A stretch of 64,000 nt of DNA from Candidatus Latescibacterota bacterium (GTDB lineage: Bacteria > Latescibacterota > UBA2968). This document shows, piece by piece, positions 58,377 to 64,000 of the stretch. The stretch is from the NCBI GenBank assembly GCA_965205975.1, contig OZ242195.1, positions 1,792,001 through 1,856,000 of the forward strand, read 5' to 3'. The position numbers were made by a program, and so were the translations under genes. Position 1 is the first letter of the stretch. Each line of letters begins with the position of its first letter. The notes beneath the pieces are model-generated. The model was not told where the DNA came from and made no database searches. It saw only the letters and a list, made by a program, of their open reading frames with translations.

Positions 58377-59675
58377 ATGAGTTCCGTTTACAGTTCGATA
58401 TCTGTCGCAACGGTCTGGTCTGGTCATCCCGTCGGGTTTGATCTGCTGAGCCAAGGCGATATGCAGTTTATCGCTTTTTACAATGCCGAACGCAAAATGA
58501 CCGTTGGTATGCGAAAGATAGATGAAGAAACATGGACATTTGCACACCCAGAAGGTGTATGGCTGGAAAATCGAGGGCGACTCTCTTCGGAAATCGGATG
58601 GGACAGTCACAATTCACTAACCATGGCCATCGACGACGATGGCCATATTCATTTGTGCGGCAATATGCATGTGGATCCCTTGATTTATTTTCGCACAACG
58701 CGCCCACTCGATGTCACGAGTTTGGAACGCATAGACTTTATGGTCGGCAAAAATGAGGATCGCTGTACCTACCCCGTGTTTATGCGCGGTCCCAATAATG
58801 AATTGATTTTTCGATTTCGAGATGGTAAAAGCGGCAATGGGGTCGATTTTTACAATTCGTATGATGTCCAAACAAAAACATGGCACCGAATGCACAGTAC
58901 ACCATTGCTCGATGGACTCGACCGCATGAATGCGTATGCGCGCATGCCGGAAAAAGGTCCAGATAGAAATTATCACATGGTCTGGATCTGGCGCAATACT
59001 CCCGATTGTGCGACCAATCACAGTATTTCTTATGCCCGCAGTCCAGACCTCCTGTCCTGGGAAACAGGCGGTGGCAACGCACTAACTTTGCCAATTACAA
59101 TAGAAAGCGGCGCCACTGTCGATCCCGTACCCCCAGGAGGTGGATTGATCAATATGACGCAATCACTGGGCTTTGACGACCAGAAACGCACTGTGATCAG
59201 CTATCACAAACACGACGAGAATGGATACACACAAGCCTATTGTGCGCGGTTGGAAAATGGCGAGTGGGTATTTTATAAGGTGAGCAATTGGACCTATCGA
59301 TGGGAGTTTGGGGGCGGCGGCTCTATCGGTGCAGAAATTCGGCTGGGTGGCGTTAAAGTAGAGGCCGATGGGAATCTCAGCATGCATTATTGGCATATAA
59401 AAGAAGGCCAGGGAATCTGGAAATTACATCCCCAAACTCTGCAAGTGATCGGGACATACCCACTACCCGATAACGAGATTCCCGATGAATTGGAACAAGT
59501 GACATCTGATTATCCGGGCATGACTGTCAACCTGCGCGGTGCTCGCGGCAATGGAACACGTCCCGGAGAGCAACACGTCTTGCGCTGGGAAACACTGGAC
59601 CGCAACCGCGACAGACCCAGAGAAAAAATCCCACCGCCGAGTGAATTGAGACTCTATATCCTGAAAAAAAATTAA
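58377..59675 (+). CDS. BNR-repeat-like beta-propeller protein
   Basis: DSHN..MAID..GHIH..GNMH, TYP.F, YARS.DL..W. Confidence 0.78.
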   Translation: MSSVYSSISVATVWSGHPVGFDLLSQGDMQFIAFYNAERKMTVGMRKIDEETWTFAHPEGVWLENRGRLSSEIGWDSHNSLTMAIDDDGHIHLCGNMHVDPLIYFRTTRPLDVTSLERIDFMVGKNEDRCTYPVFMRGPNNELIFRFRDGKSGNGVDFYNSYDVQTKTWHRMHSTPLLDGLDRMNAYARMPEKGPDRNYHMVWIWRNTPDCATNHSISYARSPDLLSWETGGGNALTLPITIESGATVDPVPPGGGLINMTQSLGFDDQKRTVISYHKHDENGYTQAYCARLENGEWVFYKVSNWTYRWEFGGGGSIGAEIRLGGVKVEADGNLSMHYWHIKEGQGIWKLHPQTLQVIGTYPLPDNEIPDELEQVTSDYPGMTVNLRGARGNGTRPGEQHVLRWETLDRNRDRPREKIPPPSELRLYILKKN

Positions 59676-59707
59676 AAAAGCCCTCCGGTGATCACCGGAG
59701 GGCTTTT
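59676..59707. terminator. Bidirectional terminator (perfect 32-bp palindrome)
   Basis: AAAAGCCCTCCGGTGATCACCGGAGGGCTTTT between convergent genes. Confidence 0.85.
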
Positions 59708-59719
59708 GGGTTGCGTTCA

Positions 59720-60973
59720 TTACGCGCCAAGTGCCCAACCCACAGGCAGTGCCACAATGTCATTGCCGAGGTCGTGAATGCGAGGGTCGTTGGAGAGCAC
59801 CAATCCCTGCAGGATGGGTTTGTCTAAAATTTCGTCGAGTTTGCGCAAATGGCGGGCATCTGTGGAAGCAACGCGTTCCGCCATTTTTATTTCAATAGGC
59901 ACAAAGCCCTGTTCGGTTTCGAGCAACAAATCGACTTCGCGTCCATCAGCCGTGCGCAGATGATAACAATCAATGGGCAACCGACTATTTTGAATTTGTT
60001 TGTAAATTTCAGCAATAATAGCACTTTCAAATTCATGGCCTGTGAGTTGACCGCGTCGATTGAGCAACGCACGCTGGATGCCGGGATCGAGAAAATGAAC
60101 TTTTGGTGCTTTGGACAGGCGTTTATTCAGGTTGCGAAACCACGGTTGTAACAAAAGGACCTGGTAACTTATTTCGAGATATGAAATAAAGCGTTTGACA
60201 GTTTTGGATGTGACGCCGGTAAGTTGAGCCAATTCATTCATATTGAGCAACACGCCAGTCAGCCCTGCCAATGCACGCTGCATGCGAGCAAAAGGCGTGA
60301 GATCGCGCAAATTGGCGAGATCGCGCAGGTCGCGCTGAAGATAGGTCTGGATGTAGTCGTGCAACCAATCGTATTTATCGCGGATAGTGAGCCTGGGATC
60401 AACGACGGCTGGCATAGCACCAAAATTTAGATAATGTGCCATGTGATGTGCTACCTGTGCGTAGCGTTCGCTCTGGAGTGGCATACCCGAATACAACATA
60501 TCGCGTTCACCTGTTTTTAGAAAACGGATGAATCTGGAATCCACAATAGTGTCATCCCAGGAATCCGTCAGCATTTCCGGCAATGTGAGAGGATACAGTT
60601 CAATAAGGGAGATCCGTCCGGCCAAACTTTCGCGGATCTGTTCCATTAACAGGATTTGGCTGGAACCGAGCAAGATGCTGCGCGCATCGGGATACTGATC
60701 GTAAACGGCTTTGATAGACTCTATGATCGCAGGTGCTTTTTGCACTTCATCCAGAATGACATTGGGATACTGTTGATACCATTGTGCAGCCGAAAGCGCA
60801 GTGAAATCTGGACGCGTGATCGGATCATCGAGGGAAATGTATGAATAGTCGGAAAATCCCGTTTGTACCAATGTGGTCTTGCCCGTTTGTCGCGCTCCTG
60901 TCAAAGCAATGAGACGCCCCAACCTGGAAGCAGATCTTTGTTTGATAAGTGAAAGGATGGTTCTATTTTTCAA
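59720..60973 (-). CDS. AAA ATPase with DUF4143 domain
   Basis: GARQTGKTT, ILDEVQ, ESLAGR, KAPKVHFLDPG, EVDLL...PIEIK. Confidence 0.9.
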   Translation of the reverse strand: MKNRTILSLIKQRSASRLGRLIALTGARQTGKTTLVQTGFSDYSYISLDDPITRPDFTALSAAQWYQQYPNVILDEVQKAPAIIESIKAVYDQYPDARSILLGSSQILLMEQIRESLAGRISLIELYPLTLPEMLTDSWDDTIVDSRFIRFLKTGERDMLYSGMPLQSERYAQVAHHMAHYLNFGAMPAVVDPRLTIRDKYDWLHDYIQTYLQRDLRDLANLRDLTPFARMQRALAGLTGVLLNMNELAQLTGVTSKTVKRFISYLEISYQVLLLQPWFRNLNKRLSKAPKVHFLDPGIQRALLNRRGQLTGHEFESAIIAEIYKQIQNSRLPIDCYHLRTADGREVDLLLETEQGFVPIEIKMAERVASTDARHLRKLDEILDKPILQGLVLSNDPRIHDLGNDIVALPVGWALGA

Positions 60974-61174
60974 GTTATCACCTCTATCGGCGTAAAATTT
61001 GGACTTCTATTCCATAATTTACGCCAAAATCTGGAATAAACAACCATAATTTACGCCAATATAGTGTAACCCCTTGCTGAAAGTTGATAATATTTCTCTT
61101 TGGTGATGAGATTTCATAGATTATTTTCTCCAGGTAGATATATTTTGTGATAGCGTTCTAAAAAAGGAGACACC

Positions 61175-62137
61175 ATGAGTTCTGATACATTTCGCGGGGT
61201 ATTTACCATACCCTCAACACCGTTTAAGCAAAATGGAGATGTCGATTGGAGTGACCTCAAGCGCGTGCTGGATTTTTGTATCACCTGTGGCGCACACGGA
61301 ATTGTCTGGCCCGTAAATGCCAGTAGTTTTCCCGTATTGACTGACCGGGAACGCCTGCACGGAATGCAGATGGTCGTAGAACACACCGCCGGACGCATTC
61401 CTGTAATTCTCGGCGTTCAGGGGGCGAGTGGTAATCACGCGGCAATGTTCGCACGCCACGCTCAGGCATTGGAGGCCGATGGCGTCATAGCAATGGCCCC
61501 TTATATAGAGCCAATTGAAGACGAAGATGCGATGGTACACTATTATCAAGCAATAGACCGCGAAGTGGATATGCCAATTTTTATACAAAATCACATGCGG
61601 GGCAGCGAGTTGTCAATCAATACAGTGGTGCGCTTGATCAGCGAAGTAGAACACATAGAATACGTTAAGGAAGAGGTCTTCCCCCCAACGCACATGATTA
61701 CGGGCTTAATCGAACAGGCCGGGCCAAAATTAAAAGGCGTATTTGGCGGAGCCAGCGGTCGCTATTTACTGCTCGAACATCCGCGCGGTGTGGCCGGACA
61801 AATGCCGGGCTGTCACATAACAGATGTTGTGGTGCGCCTGTGGAATGCTCTGGAAGCTGGAGACTTGAAAGAGGCAAAACGGGTATACGGCATCATGGCT
61901 CCCCTATTTGCGCTCGAGACAGTAAAAGGTACGAATTATCCCGAAATACTGCGCCGACGCCAGGTCATCAAAAGTTCGCACAGCCGTTTGACAACCCGCT
62001 TCCCAACTCAAGATGCGTACGATCACGCGGCCCTCGACGATATTTTGCGGGATATAGAACCGCTATTTACCTGGAACGAAAAGCCATTGCTATACGGCCC
62101 TCCCGAATGGCTCAAGCACAATGATCGAGTAAAATAA
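61175..62137 (+). CDS. Dihydrodipicolinate synthase family protein
   Basis: STPF...G.VD, GRIPVILGV, PIFIQN, YVKEE Schiff-base lysine. Confidence 0.87.
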   Translation: MSSDTFRGVFTIPSTPFKQNGDVDWSDLKRVLDFCITCGAHGIVWPVNASSFPVLTDRERLHGMQMVVEHTAGRIPVILGVQGASGNHAAMFARHAQALEADGVIAMAPYIEPIEDEDAMVHYYQAIDREVDMPIFIQNHMRGSELSINTVVRLISEVEHIEYVKEEVFPPTHMITGLIEQAGPKLKGVFGGASGRYLLLEHPRGVAGQMPGCHITDVVVRLWNALEAGDLKEAKRVYGIMAPLFALETVKGTNYPEILRRRQVIKSSHSRLTTRFPTQDAYDHAALDDILRDIEPLFTWNEKPLLYGPPEWLKHNDRVK

Positions 62138-62161
62138 AAGACTTATAAAAAGGAGCAAAAA

Positions 62162-63511
62162 ATGTCGAACTCCCGTCCGAATGTCCTCTGGCTTTTTCTC
62201 GAAGATGTGAACCCGTGGATGAGTTGTTACGGCGACCAGACCATACAAACACCGAATATAGACGCGCTCGCCGCTTCGGGCATAAAATTTGATCGGGCGT
62301 ATCAAACCTCGGGCGTATGCTCGCCTTCTCGCTCGGCAACAATTACCGGGATGTATCAAACCACCATAGGCGCGCACAACCACAACAGCTCATACCCCCT
62401 TTTACCCGAAGGGATAAAGACAATACCCGAGTATTTTCGAGATGCCGGATATTACACATTTAACGAAGGCAAAACGCATTATAACTTTGTCTTTGAGTTA
62501 GATGCTTTATTTAATCACCATGGGAGCATGGATTTCAAAGGGGCAAAAGATGGAAGCGACTGGTCGGGCTGTCCCCCTGACCAACCGTTCTTCGGACAAA
62601 TTCAGCTTCGGGGTGGCAAAAGCATTGGATTGCTCAAAGGACCGGGCATTGATCCCGCCTCGGTACCCGTGCCATCGTTTTATCCCGACCACGAAATCAT
62701 CCGCAGAGAAATTGCCCTGCACTACGACTGTATCCTGCACACAGACCGACAAGTGGGATGGATTCTGGAGCGATTAGAAGAAGATGGATTGCGCGAAAAT
62801 ACGATCATTTTTTTCTTTAGCGATCACGGGATGCGGTTGCCGCGACACAAGCAATTTATTTATGAAGGTGGTCACAAAATTCCATTGATAATTTCATGGC
62901 AGGGCAATACAGATATCGTAAAACCCGGAAGCGTGCGTCCCGACCTCGTCAGCGGCATTGACATCGGTCCCACCTCTCTCGCGCTCGCTGGCCTCGGTGT
63001 GCCCGATTACATGGAAGGTCAAAATCTGTTTGGCGAACGTTTCGTCGAGCGCGACTACGTGATTGCGGCAAAAGACCGCTGTGATTTCACAATAGATCGC
63101 ATGCGCACGGTGCGGACCCAACGATATCGCTATGTGCGGAACTTTATGACAGATCGCCCTTTTATGCAGGCGCAATACCGCGATGGATCGGATTATATGG
63201 AACTGATTCGGACCATGAACGCCAACGGTGAACTGACGCCCGAACAGGCATTTTTCTGGGCAGAAGAACGCATCGCAGAAGAATTTTACGATTGTGACGC
63301 CGATCCCGAAGAGGTGAACAATCTCGTAGATGATCCAGACCATGCCGAAGCCTTGCAACACCACCGCGATATTCTGACACAGTGGATTGCCCAGACCGAT
63401 GACCAGGGCCAATATCCCGAACCCGCAATCGGCTTGCGATGGGTGCTGAAACAGTGGGGAGAACAGTGTGTAAATCCGGAATATGATAAAATAAAAAAGG
63501 AGACACAATGA
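62162..63511 (+). CDS. Cys-type sulfatase
   Basis: RPNVLW, TPNID.LA, CSPSR formylglycine motif, SDHG. Confidence 0.93.
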   Translation: MSNSRPNVLWLFLEDVNPWMSCYGDQTIQTPNIDALAASGIKFDRAYQTSGVCSPSRSATITGMYQTTIGAHNHNSSYPLLPEGIKTIPEYFRDAGYYTFNEGKTHYNFVFELDALFNHHGSMDFKGAKDGSDWSGCPPDQPFFGQIQLRGGKSIGLLKGPGIDPASVPVPSFYPDHEIIRREIALHYDCILHTDRQVGWILERLEEDGLRENTIIFFFSDHGMRLPRHKQFIYEGGHKIPLIISWQGNTDIVKPGSVRPDLVSGIDIGPTSLALAGLGVPDYMEGQNLFGERFVERDYVIAAKDRCDFTIDRMRTVRTQRYRYVRNFMTDRPFMQAQYRDGSDYMELIRTMNANGELTPEQAFFWAEERIAEEFYDCDADPEEVNNLVDDPDHAEALQHHRDILTQWIAQTDDQGQYPEPAIGLRWVLKQWGEQCVNPEYDKIKKETQ

Positions 63512-64000
63512 CCAGACCAAATATTCTCGTGATCTTGACCGACGATCAGGGGTGGGGCGATTTGAGTGTACACGGCAACACCAATCTCAACACGCCCAAT
63601 GTGGATTCTCTCGCACGGGATGGCGCGCTATTCGACCGGTTTTACGTCTGCCCGGTATGCGCGCCCACGCGGGCAGAGTTTTTGACGGGGCGCTACCATC
63701 TGCGCGGCGGAGTCCACGGCGTGAGCACGGGCGCCGAGCGACTGAACCTCGATGAGACCACCATTGCCGATGTCTTCAAAGCCGCTGGATACGCCACGGG
63801 AGCTTATGGCAAGTGGCACAATGGCACGCAACATCCCTATCACCCCAATGCGCGGGGATTTGACGAGTTTTTTGGGTTCTGTTCCGGACACTGGGGACAA
63901 TATTTCGATGCCGAACTCGAACACAATGGCGAACTCACCCGTGGAACGGGATATTTGCCCGATGAGTGTACAGACCGCGCGATGGATTTTATGGCGGCAA
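63508..64000 (+). CDS. Arylsulfatase, partial (runs off the window edge)
   Basis: Manual translation [18 protein letters not shown]...TPNVDSLA...[13 protein letters not shown]...GKWHNG. Confidence 0.92.
   Translation, partial: MTRPNILVILTDDQGWGDLSVHGNTNLNTPNVDSLARDGALFDRFYVCPVCAPTRAEFLTGRYHLRGGVHGVSTGAERLNLDETTIADVFKAAGYATGAYGKWHNGTQHPYHPNARGFDEFFGFCSGHWGQYFDAELEHNGELTRGTGYLPDECTDRAMDFMAA

Overview
Bacterial chromosomal window mixing ordinary housekeeping and catabolic genes with two accessory zones. Housekeeping: rnhB fused to a YraN-like domain, hisS-aspS, phoH/7TM-HD/ybeY/CBS cluster, nrdR and four tRNAs (Gly-GCC, fMet-CAT, His-GTG, Arg-TCT). Catabolic: hydantoinase/oxoprolinase A+B, a peptide-type ABC importer operon with an aldolase, sulfatases and a DHDPS-family gene. 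Accessory zone 1 (about 15.3-25.1 kb): cassettes stacked inside and upstream of the ABC importer operon, namely a nucleotidyltransferase two-gene module bracketed by a duplicated gene start, a coiled-coil protein encoded by 63-bp tandem repeats, a truncated four-helix-bundle gene, and a HEPN-like protein whose antitoxin-like tail was translationally coupled to a PIN toxin until a complete IS982 (16-bp TIRs, 9-bp TSD) split them. Accessory zone 2 (about 28.6-34.6 kb): a peptide export locus with a consensus sigma-54 promoter, comprising a receiver-AraC regulator, HlyD adaptor, CPBP protease, a 120-aa Gly-rich CxxxCH peptide enclosed by a 14-bp inverted repeat, an ABC exporter without a peptidase domain, and an M16-peptidase remnant. 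Zone 2 is the best candidate for an undescribed system. All calls come from reading motifs by eye; no database searches were run.
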